DNA of 39,071 nt from Fidelibacterota bacterium (GCA_046861645.1 JBHHUM010000017.1:1-39071); one strand, 5' to 3'. Positions 10,176 through 20,550 are shown, counted from the first letter of the stretch. A program made the numbers and translations. Notes: a model not told the origin generated them from the sequence alone.

Positions 10176-11126
10176 ATGGCACAAAGAATAATGGTTGGTG
10201 ACCGAGAGGTCAAAATACCTGAAATGAAGTTAGGTAAGATTGCCTTGGTACTCATACTTATTGCAATTTGGGTAGCGCTGACTTCCTTTTATACGGTAGG
10301 GCCTGACGAGGAAGGAGTTATCCGTCGGTTCGGAAAGTGGGTTCGTACCGAAGGAAGTGGGCTCCATATTAAATTTCCATACCCTATCGAAGAAGTGGAT
10401 AGACCAAAGGTTACTGAAGTGAAGGAGATTTCTGTAGGAACGATTTCTGCTGAAGCCAAGATGCTTACTGGAGATGAGAATATTATCTTGGTGGAAGTTC
10501 GCATTCAGTACAAGATCAAGGATGCTGCAGCCTATCTTTTTAATGTTAAGAATGTTCCTGAAGTCATAAAGGATGCTACTGAGTCGGCTCTTCGGCAGGT
10601 GATTGGAAGTCACCCTATAGATGACCCTCTGACAGAGAAGAAGGCCGAGATAATGGCTGAGATCCGACAGGAACTGCAGGTCATGCTGGACAATTATAAT
10701 TGTGGTGTTGACGTACGGCAAGTTCAGCTTCAAGATGTAAATCCTCCCCATGAAGTAGATCACGCCTTCAAGGATGTTCAGAGTGCCAAGGAAGAAAAAG
10801 AGCAGTTGATCAATGAAGCGTTAGGTTATAAAAATGACCTGATCCCACGGGCCCGAGGTGAAGGGCAGCAGATTATTCGGGGCGCTGAGGCGTATAAAGC
10901 GGAGCGAATCCGGAAAGCAGAAGGAGATGCTAATAAGTTTCTTTCGGTATTAGCGGAGTATAAAAAAGCAAAAAATATCACTGAGAAAAGGCTTTACCTG
11001 GAGACGATGGAGAAGATCCTCCCTGGTATTGATAAGTACATTATTGACGAAGAGTCGGGGAGTTTGCTCAACATCCTCCCTCTGGATAAAATAAAGGGAG
11101 CAAAATCCCTGGGAGGTGGAAAATGA
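10176..11126 (+). CDS. hflK: FtsH modulator HflK
   Basis: TM helix plus SPFH domain; MLTGDENI, PPHEVDHAF and IPRARG motifs, RLYLETME; AAGGAG SD. Confidence 0.93.
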   Translation: MAQRIMVGDREVKIPEMKLGKIALVLILIAIWVALTSFYTVGPDEEGVIRRFGKWVRTEGSGLHIKFPYPIEEVDRPKVTEVKEISVGTISAEAKMLTGDENIILVEVRIQYKIKDAAAYLFNVKNVPEVIKDATESALRQVIGSHPIDDPLTEKKAEIMAEIRQELQVMLDNYNCGVDVRQVQLQDVNPPHEVDHAFKDVQSAKEEKEQLINEALGYKNDLIPRARGEGQQIIRGAEAYKAERIRKAEGDANKFLSVLAEYKKAKNITEKRLYLETMEKILPGIDKYIIDEESGSLLNILPLDKIKGAKSLGGGK

Positions 11127-11977
11127 AGAATATAGCATTGATTTTAGTATCTGTTCTGATTGTCCTGTTTTTATGGTTTTCCCTTTATACAATTGATGAG
11201 ACCCAGCAAGCGACTCTATTGGAATTTGGACGTCCGGTGGGGGAAGCGGTACAAATTCCAGGACTCCATTTCAAGTTGCCATGGCGGACGGTTATTAAGA
11301 TGGAGAAGCGTATTCTTGAGTATGACGTCGAACCTCAAGCAATTATCACCCTGGATAAGAAGAAGTTGGAAGTGGATAACTACGCCCGCTGGCGGATTGC
11401 CGATCCGCTTTTGTTTTACCGTTCAGTGCGAACTTTGAATGGTGCTCTCAGCCGGATTGATCCAATTGTATACTCCGAACTACGAGTTGAACTTGGTAAA
11501 CATGAGCTGAGTGAGATTGTAGACAAACGCCGAGTTAAGATCATGAAAACTGTATCAAAGAAGACTCAGGAAAAGTTGGCTGAATATGGCATCGATATTA
11601 TTGATGTACGGATTAAGCGTGCTGACTTGTCCAAGGAAAATGAACGGGCTGTGTTCGACCGTATGCGGGCAGAGCGTTTAAGGAAAGCGAAGCAATATCG
11701 TTCCGAGGGTGAGGAAGAGGCGTTAATGATCCGGGCTGAAACTGATAAGGAGAAGACTATCATTTTAGCTGAGGCTTATAAGCAATCTCAGATACTCCGT
11801 GGTGAAGGGGATGCTAAAGCAGTGGAAATTTATGCCCAGGCGTTTAAATCTGATCCACAATTCTATGAGTTTATACGGACGCTTGAAGCGTATGAAAAAG
11901 TTGTGGATAACAAATCGACACTGATCCTATCAACTGATTCAGACTTATTCGATTTGCTGAAAGGGACAGGTAGATGA
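11123..11977 (+). CDS. hflC: FtsH modulator HflC
   Basis: PGLHFKLP, WRIADP, DVRIKR and RMRAER motifs, RGEGDA; ATGA overlap with hflK. Confidence 0.93.
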   Translation: MKNIALILVSVLIVLFLWFSLYTIDETQQATLLEFGRPVGEAVQIPGLHFKLPWRTVIKMEKRILEYDVEPQAIITLDKKKLEVDNYARWRIADPLLFYRSVRTLNGALSRIDPIVYSELRVELGKHELSEIVDKRRVKIMKTVSKKTQEKLAEYGIDIIDVRIKRADLSKENERAVFDRMRAERLRKAKQYRSEGEEEALMIRAETDKEKTIILAEAYKQSQILRGEGDAKAVEIYAQAFKSDPQFYEFIRTLEAYEKVVDNKSTLILSTDSDLFDLLKGTGR

Positions 11978-12510
11978 AGGTTCGCTCGACGACCATTCTG
12001 GGGGTGCGTTTAAAGGATAAAGTAGCCATGGGGGGTGATGGCCAGGTGACCATGGGTGATATTCAACTCAAACAGAAAGCTGTGAAGGTGCGGCAGTTTG
12101 AATCCACCGGGACAAAAATCTTGGGTGGTTTCGCAGGTGCTGCCGCTGATGCCTTTACTCTCTTCGAAAAATTTGAGGAAAAACTGGATGAGTACGGTGG
12201 TCAATTCCAACGATCTGTGGTAGAATTGGCTAAGGAGTGGCGGACCGATAAATATCTCCGCAACCTCGATGCGCTGCTGGCTCTCATGAACCAGAAACAG
12301 AGCTACATTGTTTCTGGTGACGGTAATGTTGTGGAGCCGGATGGTCCCCTTGTTGGTATCGGATCGGGAGCGGGATATGCTCAAGCAGCTGCAGTAGCTC
12401 TTTTGAGCTGTAAGGTGGATTCCCCCAGGGAGATTGTCCGGAGGGCACTGAAAATTGCTGCGGATATCTGTATCTACACCAATGATAAATTGACTATCCT
12501 GGAGCTGTAA
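11974..12510 (+). CDS. hslV: ATP-dependent protease peptidase subunit
   Basis: STTILGV (N-terminal Thr after a short propeptide), GDGQVT, AKEWRTD, IGSG and DICIYTN motifs. Confidence 0.96.
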   Translation: MKVRSTTILGVRLKDKVAMGGDGQVTMGDIQLKQKAVKVRQFESTGTKILGGFAGAAADAFTLFEKFEEKLDEYGGQFQRSVVELAKEWRTDKYLRNLDALLALMNQKQSYIVSGDGNVVEPDGPLVGIGSGAGYAQAAAVALLSCKVDSPREIVRRALKIAADICIYTNDKLTILEL

Positions 12511-12511
12511 A

Positions 12512-13849
12512 ATGGACGACTTGACCCCCAAACAAATTGTGGCAGAATTGGACCGCTTCGTGATTGGACAGAAGAAAGCCAAAAAGGCGGTGGGTATTGC
12601 CCTGCGCAACCGTTGGCGACGCCAGCAGGTTCAGGGTGAGATGCGTGATGAAATAATGCCTAATAATATTATCCTAATTGGAAATACGGGGGTGGGCAAG
12701 ACGGAAATTGCCCGGCGGCTGGCGAATCTTGCCAAGGCACCCTTCGTAAAAGTTGAAGCCTCCAAGTTCACTGAAGTCGGTTATGTAGGTCGTGACGTGG
12801 AATCCATTATTCGTGACCTTACGGACATTGCCGTCTCTACTGTCCGCCGGGAGGCGGAGTCCAATGTGGAAGAAAAGGCGCAGGACCTAGCCAATGAGCG
12901 TATCCTTGACCTCCTTTTTCCTACCAATGGCAGTGAGTCTGCGGAAGAATCGGAGGGTCAGGAGCGAAGACGTCGCACGCGGGAGAAACTCCGTAAAAAA
13001 CTTCTGTCCGGGGATTTTGAGGAGCGGACGGTGGAGATTGATGTGGCCGATGAGTCAGTACCTTTTATGCAGGTGTTTGGCCCAATAGGAATTGAGGAGA
13101 TGGGAATGAACCTGCAGGATATTTTTGGTAGCGCCATACCCAAAAAGCGCAAGCGGAGAAGAACGTCCGTCTCCGAAGCCCGTAAAATCCTCGCTATAGA
13201 GGAAGCCGGTAAACTCATCGATCATGATGAAGTTCTTCGGGAAGCAATCCGACGGGTGGAGGAATCCGGTATCGTCTTTCTGGATGAAATTGACAAGATT
13301 GTTGGTAATGGCGGGGGACATGGACCTGATGTTTCCCGGGAAGGGGTACAGCGTGATATTCTACCAGTGGTGGAAGGGTGTAGTGTCATCACCAAATATG
13401 GTGTAATTCGTACAGATCATATCCTATTCATTGCCGCGGGAGCCTTTCATGTGGCCAAACCTTCAGATATGATACCGGAGCTGCAGGGGCGCTTCCCTAT
13501 CCGTGTGGAGATGGACAATTTGACTGAAGAGGATTTTGTGAAAATTCTAACTCATCCTGATAATGCCCTGATCAAGCAGTATTCAGCCTTACTGGAAACG
13601 GAAGGGGTTACCCTGAAATTCAACAAAGCCTCTATTCGTGAGATAGCCCGTATCGCTACAGAAGTGAACGATGCCACAGAAAATATAGGTGCCCGGCGGC
13701 TGCATACTATTATGACTACCCTGTTGGAAGATATTTTGTTCGAAACATCTACCACTGAGCTAAAGAATATTACTATTACCAAGGAAATGGTGCGGAACCG
13801 ACTGGCTGAGATAGTAAAGGATCAGGATTTGAGCCGGTATATACTGTAG
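12512..13849 (+). CDS. hslU: ATP-dependent protease ATPase subunit
   Basis: GNTGVGKT Walker A, GYVG pore loop, FLDEIDK, ELQGRFP and GARRL motifs, C-terminal DLSRYIL. Confidence 0.97.
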   Translation: MDDLTPKQIVAELDRFVIGQKKAKKAVGIALRNRWRRQQVQGEMRDEIMPNNIILIGNTGVGKTEIARRLANLAKAPFVKVEASKFTEVGYVGRDVESIIRDLTDIAVSTVRREAESNVEEKAQDLANERILDLLFPTNGSESAEESEGQERRRRTREKLRKKLLSGDFEERTVEIDVADESVPFMQVFGPIGIEEMGMNLQDIFGSAIPKKRKRRRTSVSEARKILAIEEAGKLIDHDEVLREAIRRVEESGIVFLDEIDKIVGNGGGHGPDVSREGVQRDILPVVEGCSVITKYGVIRTDHILFIAAGAFHVAKPSDMIPELQGRFPIRVEMDNLTEEDFVKILTHPDNALIKQYSALLETEGVTLKFNKASIREIARIATEVNDATENIGARRLHTIMTTLLEDILFETSTTELKNITITKEMVRNRLAEIVKDQDLSRYIL

Positions 13850-14145
13850 AAGTTTGCTGTTAGATTGATTTATATTGGGTAAAAGATGTGTAAGAAGTGA
13901 CATCAAATTACTTTCCACTACCAGACCATCTATCTAATCTTGTCGAAGGAGGCTGTGTGAGAAAGTTGTAAGGAGTCAATAACGATTCAGATCATTACCG
14001 TAGTTATAGTGGTTCCATGATGTGTTTTCGATCTGACAATATTTTAGCAACCTATCAGGTTTTCCACCTCGTATCCCAGTGGTCCAACTTGTCTCCTTAA
14101 GTATCTACGGCTTTCCCTGACTGCCTGCTGTATTCTGAAGGGATC

Positions 14146-14173
14146 TTGTCAATCGAGGTGATTTTTGTAAATT
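14146..14173 (+). promoter_or_regulatory. Putative sigma70-like promoter of argF
   Basis: TTGTCA (14146-14151), 16-nt spacer, TAAATT (14168-14173); GGAGG SD before ATG 14241. Confidence 0.45.
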
Positions 14174-14240
14174 CAGACACCTTGCTGATTAGCGATACTG
14201 ATGGTATCACCTGTTTATCCTTTCTGGAGGGGAAACTAAT

Positions 14241-15158
14241 ATGAAAAAGGATTTTTTACATATCACTGATATAACCCGGGAAGAGTTTAGTAGTATTCTG
14301 GAGTTGGCTACTCGCCTTAAACAGGAGACGCGTGTGGGGATATCTCATCCCCTTTTAGCAGGCAAAACATTGGCCATGATTTTTCAGAAACCATCTGCCC
14401 GGACGAGAGTCTCCTTTGAGACGGGGATATACCAGTTGGGCGGTCATGCACTGTTCCTCTCTCCAGCAGATATTGGTATGGGAAAACGGGAGACAACAGC
14501 AGATATCGCTCGTCTCTTTTCCCGCTATAATGATCTCATAATGGCTCGGGTTTTTGATCATCAGCATATACTTGACCTCGGCAGGTATGCCACTATTCCA
14601 GTGATTAATGGACTTACTGATTTCAATCACCCCTGTCAAGTGATGGCAGATATTTTCACGGTTTTGGAGCACCGGGGTCATCTTGATAACCTTAAGGTTG
14701 TCTTTGTAGGCGATGGTAATAACGTGGCTCATTCTTGGCTTCATTTGGCTCAGCTTATTCCCATGGAGTTGATTATTGCCTGTCCGGAGAATTATGAACC
14801 AGACGAAAATGTAATCCGCAAGACCCAAGAGACAGAACTCAGCAGGGTTACTATAACTCATGAACCCCACTCTGCTGTTGCAGGTGCTGACGTGATTTAC
14901 ACAGATGTTTGGGCCAGTATGGGTCGGGAAGAAGAAGCTATCGAGCGTAGAAAGGTATTCTTTCCCTTCCAGGTAAATACTGAACTGATGATCGCTGCTG
15001 GTGATCAGGCTTGCTTCATGCATTGTTTGCCGGCTCATCGTGGAGATGAAGTCACAGATGAGGTGATCGATGGTCCTCAATCCATTGTTTTTGACGAGGC
15101 TGAGAATCGGATGCATGTTCAGAAAGCGATCATGGTTTTTCTCATGGGAGCAGCTTAA
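14241..15158 (+). CDS. argF: Ornithine carbamoyltransferase
   Basis: KPSARTRVSFE (variant of STRT), HPCQ, DVWASMG, HCLP and AENR motifs. Confidence 0.95.
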   Translation: MKKDFLHITDITREEFSSILELATRLKQETRVGISHPLLAGKTLAMIFQKPSARTRVSFETGIYQLGGHALFLSPADIGMGKRETTADIARLFSRYNDLIMARVFDHQHILDLGRYATIPVINGLTDFNHPCQVMADIFTVLEHRGHLDNLKVVFVGDGNNVAHSWLHLAQLIPMELIIACPENYEPDENVIRKTQETELSRVTITHEPHSAVAGADVIYTDVWASMGREEEAIERRKVFFPFQVNTELMIAAGDQACFMHCLPAHRGDEVTDEVIDGPQSIVFDEAENRMHVQKAIMVFLMGAA

Positions 15159-15172
15159 ACGAGGCAATTCCA

Positions 15173-17008
15173 TTGGCAGGCAAATTCGCCGCTTTATCTT
15201 TTTTTACCCTGATTTTCACTTCAGGCTTAACCGCCCAAGTTTATACTAAAGACCAATTCTCCCATCGAGTTGATGAAACTACTACGGCCATTCGAAAAGC
15301 TGAGAAAATATATAAAAATGTTGAGAAGGAAGTGCAACGTCATTTTCCTGAAGGGACCCGACGATCACCTCTCTATCTTGCCATTCGTGATGACTTCATG
15401 GAATACAGAGAAATCATGAAACGACTGAATGATAACAATATCTCTTTCAACAGAAGTAGTGAAGAGTACAGCAAGCTTTTTGGAGGTGTTTTCGGTGGGA
15501 AAGATGAAATATCAACTGAAGATGATGAATTTGATAAGGTTAATCGATTAGCGGGAGAACTTGAAGAAGTTCTGACGGTAGCTTTGAATGATCTGTCCCG
15601 AGCAGCACCCTTGAGTAATGTCCTCAGGACTATGCTGGACAGGATTTCTGATATTAAAAAATTCAGAGATAATCTCAATGGTCATATCAATACTCTCACC
15701 AGGAATGTGGAACGTTCTTCTCGTGAGAATGAGGGTTTGTTCAGATTATTTACACAGACTGGGAAAGGAATGATGGAGTATGGAGTGTACCACAATGCTG
15801 ATTCTGTCCGTACGGTACTCTCTAGCGTGCAACAGGAGTTTTCATCACGTAGAGATTCGCTACGACTTTTACTGGAACAGACGAATCGTCTTCTGTCAGG
15901 CATAGCTAAACGGGGTGAAGAATTACGGGTATGGGAAACCGTTGAGCATATTATTCATGAACGGGAACAGCTTGTAAAAAGTGCTGATTTAAAAGCTATA
16001 CGAATAGACAATTTACGTAATGAATTAGATGACCTGTTGAAGTTGATGAGTGAATTCAGTGATATACTTTCAGACATGGGTGAAGATATAGCCCTTCTCC
16101 GGAATAACTACCAGAAAGCTGTAAAAAGCCTGGAGGAAGACAGTCTACGATATTCTTCCCTGATGGGAAAGATGGTTAAGGGATATACTGTGGATAAATT
16201 GCCTTATCGGGAATTGAAGAAAGCCTATCACGAAGCAGATGATATGGTGGAAAATGCGGAAGTTGCCCTTAGAAACATGGCACAATCTCGTCAGGACCTT
16301 ATTGATCATGTCAGTGGCATGAAAGGGCTAAAGAATGATAGTGATAAATTTTCCCGTTTGAAAGATTTAAATGGCAAGTTTAATACTGCCTACAAATCTG
16401 GTGAAAAAACTTTAAAGCAATTAGAAGATGGTATTGAGCGACTGCGGGAAGTCATAATTAAGTTTTTTGTCAATACGACTGAGTATTGGGAACTTCTCTA
16501 TAAAGTTGAGTCTGAGAAGTCTTTTGGGGGAGAAGAAATTGTAGTTGAGAATTATGGCTACCTGTATGATCCCAATGCATTACCGGAAGAGGATTACCAT
16601 GGCCGGTTTATTTCCACATTCCAGTTAAAGTTGGAGAAGAATCGGGAGCGTGGTAAGCAATTGTGGAATTACTATTTGGTCTTTTCAGGAGAACACGATT
16701 TTCCATTGGAGGGATTCATACTACAATCTTCGGATGGGATAACTCTGATAGAGGTGTCCAAGGAAAGTGTTTTTGAAAAGGAAGAGAAGAACAAAAATGA
16801 CAGAGTAAAGTTCAAGTGGCGGATTCCTCTGCAGCAAACCCAGCTGGATCAAATTATCAAACCAGGGACACTTACATTGCGCATCCATTTACTGACAGTA
16901 ACTCACAGGGTTAATCTTACCCTTTTCAGGAAAAAGGTATATCGAGATTACTTAATACCAAAGAGAAGAAAACAGATGTGGTCAACCCTTCTAAACAACA
17001 CTGTCTGA
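15173..17008 (+). CDS. Secreted hypothetical protein with long helical repeats and a C-terminal beta-rich domain
   Basis: 611-aa ORF, signal peptide ending LTA-Q, ~400 aa of heptad-rich helices; TTG start with GAGG SD. Confidence 0.8.
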   Translation: MAGKFAALSFFTLIFTSGLTAQVYTKDQFSHRVDETTTAIRKAEKIYKNVEKEVQRHFPEGTRRSPLYLAIRDDFMEYREIMKRLNDNNISFNRSSEEYSKLFGGVFGGKDEISTEDDEFDKVNRLAGELEEVLTVALNDLSRAAPLSNVLRTMLDRISDIKKFRDNLNGHINTLTRNVERSSRENEGLFRLFTQTGKGMMEYGVYHNADSVRTVLSSVQQEFSSRRDSLRLLLEQTNRLLSGIAKRGEELRVWETVEHIIHEREQLVKSADLKAIRIDNLRNELDDLLKLMSEFSDILSDMGEDIALLRNNYQKAVKSLEEDSLRYSSLMGKMVKGYTVDKLPYRELKKAYHEADDMVENAEVALRNMAQSRQDLIDHVSGMKGLKNDSDKFSRLKDLNGKFNTAYKSGEKTLKQLEDGIERLREVIIKFFVNTTEYWELLYKVESEKSFGGEEIVVENYGYLYDPNALPEEDYHGRFISTFQLKLEKNRERGKQLWNYYLVFSGEHDFPLEGFILQSSDGITLIEVSKESVFEKEEKNKNDRVKFKWRIPLQQTQLDQIIKPGTLTLRIHLLTVTHRVNLTLFRKKVYRDYLIPKRRKQMWSTLLNNTV

Positions 17009-17019
17009 CAGTTCAGGAC

Positions 17020-18615
17020 TCAGTCTTCTTCCGCCATATATTCTCGCCAATTCACTTCATTTGTCCGGTAGGCTACTTTTTTCGAGATCTGTTTTTCCAC
17101 CACTACATGATATTGACCAGTTTGGCCGGGATCCAGTGATGCGTTGCTGATAACCCCCGTAGCAAATCGGACAGTCTTTCCATCCACCATTGCAGAGCCG
17201 ATGCCCAGGGGATTAGTGGTAGCGTCCCAGAGATAGAAGGTAATCTTTACAAAATCAGCTCGGGTTTTCCCTACGTTCCTGACGGTTCCGATGAACTCCT
17301 CACGATCAGAAAACTCAATTAACTGGTAGTCACCTTCGAACTCAACTTGTGGTCCTGGGAAAAATTTTTCGTCATATTGTATAATAAACGCTTTATCTAT
17401 CACCAGTTTACCAATGGACGTTTGCATGATAATAACATCTAAATTCTCTGCCAGAATGTGTCCCACTACAATGGTACCGTTAGCGAGGGTAATTTTGTGT
17501 TTGAGTAGGGGTAGTTTCAGAATATTCAAGACATCTTCATCTAACTTGGGTAACCCTTTTTCAGCAATGTCGTAATAACGGACGACTCCCTTCAAAGAGT
17601 CAATCTGAGAACGGAAGAGTTTCATATTGGTACCTACTTCAAAGAAAAGACTGTCGGAAGCTTTCTGTTGGGCTGTCATACTGTCTGCGATTTCAGTGGC
17701 GAGGTTGGTAATGTTATCTTTTATGGAAGCATCCACCTGTCTGATTACAGTTCCAATGGAGTCGGCAGTGGTGGAAAGTTCCTCTTTCAGAACATCAAAA
17801 CCACGTTCTTGATCGGCTTGAGTAGTATCAAGTTTTTCATAAAGATCGGATACTTTGGTTTTTGTCTCTTCAATTTCTCCTTTTATTGTTTTTTCTCTCT
17901 CCAGGAAGGAGCTCATCTCCTCCTTGGCAGAGCGATATTGGGCGATAGTTGCTCTTAACTCCTCCAACTCCCGGGTCATTTTTTCCACATCCTCCACTAT
18001 CTCAAAAAACAGGTCCACAGAGTCGGATTCAACTACAAAGACACTTCCAGTTTCCAGGCTATCAGGTGGTAGAGGCAGAGAAGATTCAATGAACTGTAAC
18101 TCAGAAACCAGAATACGAGCGTTGGATTCGATGGCACTTTTTTCCTCGGGGTCAAGGTTTTGATCAGCGAGTCCTGCATCCTGAGAAAGGGTGTAAGTAG
18201 CAAACTTAGCTTCGACATTGATCCGTCCCTTGGAAATATTGGTATACATCTGTCCATCTACCGGGAGGTATTTGATAAAGGCATCAAGATCGAAAATCAG
18301 ATCCTTGTAGGTAGTCCCTTCTTGAGTTTTAATTTCTTCAAGGTCTTCTAATTCGGTCTCATCAATAACCTGATCCTCTGCGGCGGCAAAGGTTGCATCT
18401 ACGCGGCTTTCTGATAGGAAGATCAAAGAAGCCACATGTTCGCGGACACGATTGGCAGTAGGCATGAAATCCAGTTGCTCCTGGGTGGTTTCGCCTGGAA
18501 TAGCGACCGTTGAAATAGGGACTCCTTCTGTGGGGCGGGATACCGGGGCTTTAGGACCACAACTCCAGAAAATGAATATAAGTAAAATCAGGTGAAGAAA
18601 CTTCTGGGACCTCAT
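17020..18615 (-). CDS. Lipoprotein with coiled-coil, small beta domain and C-terminal FxLYD-like domain
   Basis: Lipobox FWSC; coiled coil ~aa 205-345; ITLANGTIVVGHI...TSIGKLVI module; GTVRNVG...KITFYLWD...LDPGQT. Confidence 0.75.
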   Translation of the reverse strand: MRSQKFLHLILLIFIFWSCGPKAPVSRPTEGVPISTVAIPGETTQEQLDFMPTANRVREHVASLIFLSESRVDATFAAAEDQVIDETELEDLEEIKTQEGTTYKDLIFDLDAFIKYLPVDGQMYTNISKGRINVEAKFATYTLSQDAGLADQNLDPEEKSAIESNARILVSELQFIESSLPLPPDSLETGSVFVVESDSVDLFFEIVEDVEKMTRELEELRATIAQYRSAKEEMSSFLEREKTIKGEIEETKTKVSDLYEKLDTTQADQERGFDVLKEELSTTADSIGTVIRQVDASIKDNITNLATEIADSMTAQQKASDSLFFEVGTNMKLFRSQIDSLKGVVRYYDIAEKGLPKLDEDVLNILKLPLLKHKITLANGTIVVGHILAENLDVIIMQTSIGKLVIDKAFIIQYDEKFFPGPQVEFEGDYQLIEFSDREEFIGTVRNVGKTRADFVKITFYLWDATTNPLGIGSAMVDGKTVRFATGVISNASLDPGQTGQYHVVVEKQISKKVAYRTNEVNWREYMAEED

Positions 18616-19778
18616 TGTTTATCCTGTGGTTCTTCTTCCAGCGCTTTCTCCTGGGCTACGAGAGCTGCTTCCTTAATTTCATTCTTGTACTCTTCAGCGA
18701 CACCTAAAGTTTGGGCCAATTCGATGATGTAAGGATAATAGATATAGCTTTCCGGATCTTCCAGCATGGGTAGGACTTTCTTGAATATTTCCGGATCCCT
18801 GAAATTGCCGAGATTCCTGATAGCCTTAATGCGTAAATCACGGGGTACATTGTCTGCTAAGGCAATCTCTGCCAGGGTAGGTTTAATAGTGGGATCATCG
18901 AATTTGCCTAACGCATCCAAGAGGGTGTTCAGTAGGGAATAGTAAGAGGCCTGACCTTGGTTATAAGTTTCCAACAGGGCGAGGATCAAACGCTCTTCCT
19001 TAACCCCCCTCATGGTATGGAGAGCAAAGTCCCGTAATTGTGTTTCCGTGGAAGGATCGGTGAGCATTTCGACGAACATAGCTACGACCTGAGGATCATC
19101 TTTGCGACTGGCGAGAATCTCCAGAGCCCGGTTTCGTGTTTTTACGTCGAGAGTTTCATCTTTCGAGAGAAAGATCAGGATGGGAACAACCTCATCTTCA
19201 TCCATTTCCGCCAGAGTTTTCGCTACCATGGTGGCGGTGTTGTAATAGCTTGCCCGACTGCGTTCATAAATATCTATCAGCACCAACACTTGATCCTCAG
19301 TACTCACATTGGCGAGACTTTTAAACACCGTAGACTGCAGGTCTCTGAGTTTATTATCAATGCTGAAGATGGACTCTGTAAGGGCTTCAGAGGCGATGGG
19401 GTCTTTTTCGAATTGGCCCAATACATCAATACTGGCTACCATCAGATCAAGCTCAAGCGCTTCGGCTTCACTGACATATTCAGCCAGGGAATGAAGTGCC
19501 AAAGGATGTCGACTTTCAGCCATGGCACGTACTGAGGAAACTCGCACATCCAAAGGTTGATTTTCGTCTTGGTAAGTGGCAATCAGTTCCTCCAGAGCAG
19601 AAATATCTCCTTTTATATATCTCAACCTCAGTTCTTCCACTCCGGCTAGGGTTTGTTCACCTGTGGATTTTTTACCAAATAGTCCTTTAATCATGGAGCA
19701 GGATGAAAGGGAAAGTGAGAAAATTATGGATAATGCCAAAAGTGTAACTGTTCTCGTATGGAATCCAGGTGAACTCAA
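18612..19778 (-). CDS. HEAT-repeat lipoprotein
   Basis: Lipobox LSSC; repeated D-x3-4-R-x2-A/S-x3-L helix pairs (DENQPLDVRVSSVRAM, DETLDVKTRNRALEIL, DNVPRDLRIKAIRNL). Confidence 0.8.
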   Translation of the reverse strand: MSSPGFHTRTVTLLALSIIFSLSLSSCSMIKGLFGKKSTGEQTLAGVEELRLRYIKGDISALEELIATYQDENQPLDVRVSSVRAMAESRHPLALHSLAEYVSEAEALELDLMVASIDVLGQFEKDPIASEALTESIFSIDNKLRDLQSTVFKSLANVSTEDQVLVLIDIYERSRASYYNTATMVAKTLAEMDEDEVVPILIFLSKDETLDVKTRNRALEILASRKDDPQVVAMFVEMLTDPSTETQLRDFALHTMRGVKEERLILALLETYNQGQASYYSLLNTLLDALGKFDDPTIKPTLAEIALADNVPRDLRIKAIRNLGNFRDPEIFKKVLPMLEDPESYIYYPYIIELAQTLGVAEEYKNEIKEAALVAQEKALEEEPQDKQ

Positions 19779-19785
19779 GTGACGT

Positions 19786-20550
19786 TTACCTCCAGTAATT
19801 CAAAGTGAGTTCTTCCCCGTCGAAGAGGGCAAAGGTATTGTATCTAATCCAGTCGCCAAGGACAATTAATTTTCCATCAGAAAGTTTTACCTCTTTAGCC
19901 TGATGATAGTGCCCCATAACTACATAATCAGCTCCATTCAGGCAGATATTAGCGGCAAATTCAGTTAGTTCACCCATAACGGTATCATTATATTCATCAC
20001 TATGGGTATAATGCCGGCTTCTACGGGAAATCCAGCGGGCGATAGTATAACCTATATCTGGATGAATCCAGCGGTAGAGGGATACAAAAAGTGGATTGCG
20101 GATAACAGCTCGGAAAATTCGATAGCCTCTTTCCCAGGATAAAATACCATCACCATGTGTTATCAGTATCTGTTTGCCATCGACTTCAACATAAGTCTCT
20201 TTCTCAAAGACTTGATCAAATAATCGATGATTGATGAACTCACTGGTCCAGTAATCGTGATTACCTAATACGTAATTTAGAGTTACGCCCCTTCGTTTAG
20301 CCTCCTGTAGAACACTGAGTATCTCAAAGTAAGCTTTTGGTATGACATATTTGTATTCAAACCAAAAGTCAAAGAAATCGCCTACGATAAAGAGTGTACC
20401 ACCTTGCTCGGCAACGTGATCAATGAAATTGATCAGATTATCACGTTTACTCAATTCTGATTCTGCTGCTGCTAGCCTCAGATGTACGTCTGATACAAAA
20501 AAGAGTGGAAGATCCATTGTCTGAAAACTTACCGATGGTGATTCCATCAC
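19786..20550 (-). CDS. lpxH: UDP-2,3-diacylglucosamine diphosphatase (LpxH-like metallophosphoesterase)
   Basis: SDVHL, GDFFDFWFEY, GNHD, THGD, MGHYH and LGDW motifs. Confidence 0.8.
   Translation of the reverse strand: MMESPSVSFQTMDLPLFFVSDVHLRLAAAESELSKRDNLINFIDHVAEQGGTLFIVGDFFDFWFEYKYVIPKAYFEILSVLQEAKRRGVTLNYVLGNHDYWTSEFINHRLFDQVFEKETYVEVDGKQILITHGDGILSWERGYRIFRAVIRNPLFVSLYRWIHPDIGYTIARWISRRSRHYTHSDEYNDTVMGELTEFAANICLNGADYVVMGHYHQAKEVKLSDGKLIVLGDWIRYNTFALFDGEELTLNYWR

Noticed and set aside
12010..12609. 199-aa antisense ORF
   Set aside because: Shadow of hslV/hslU.
14355..15173. 272-aa antisense ORF
   Set aside because: Shadow of argF with implausible composition and no motifs.
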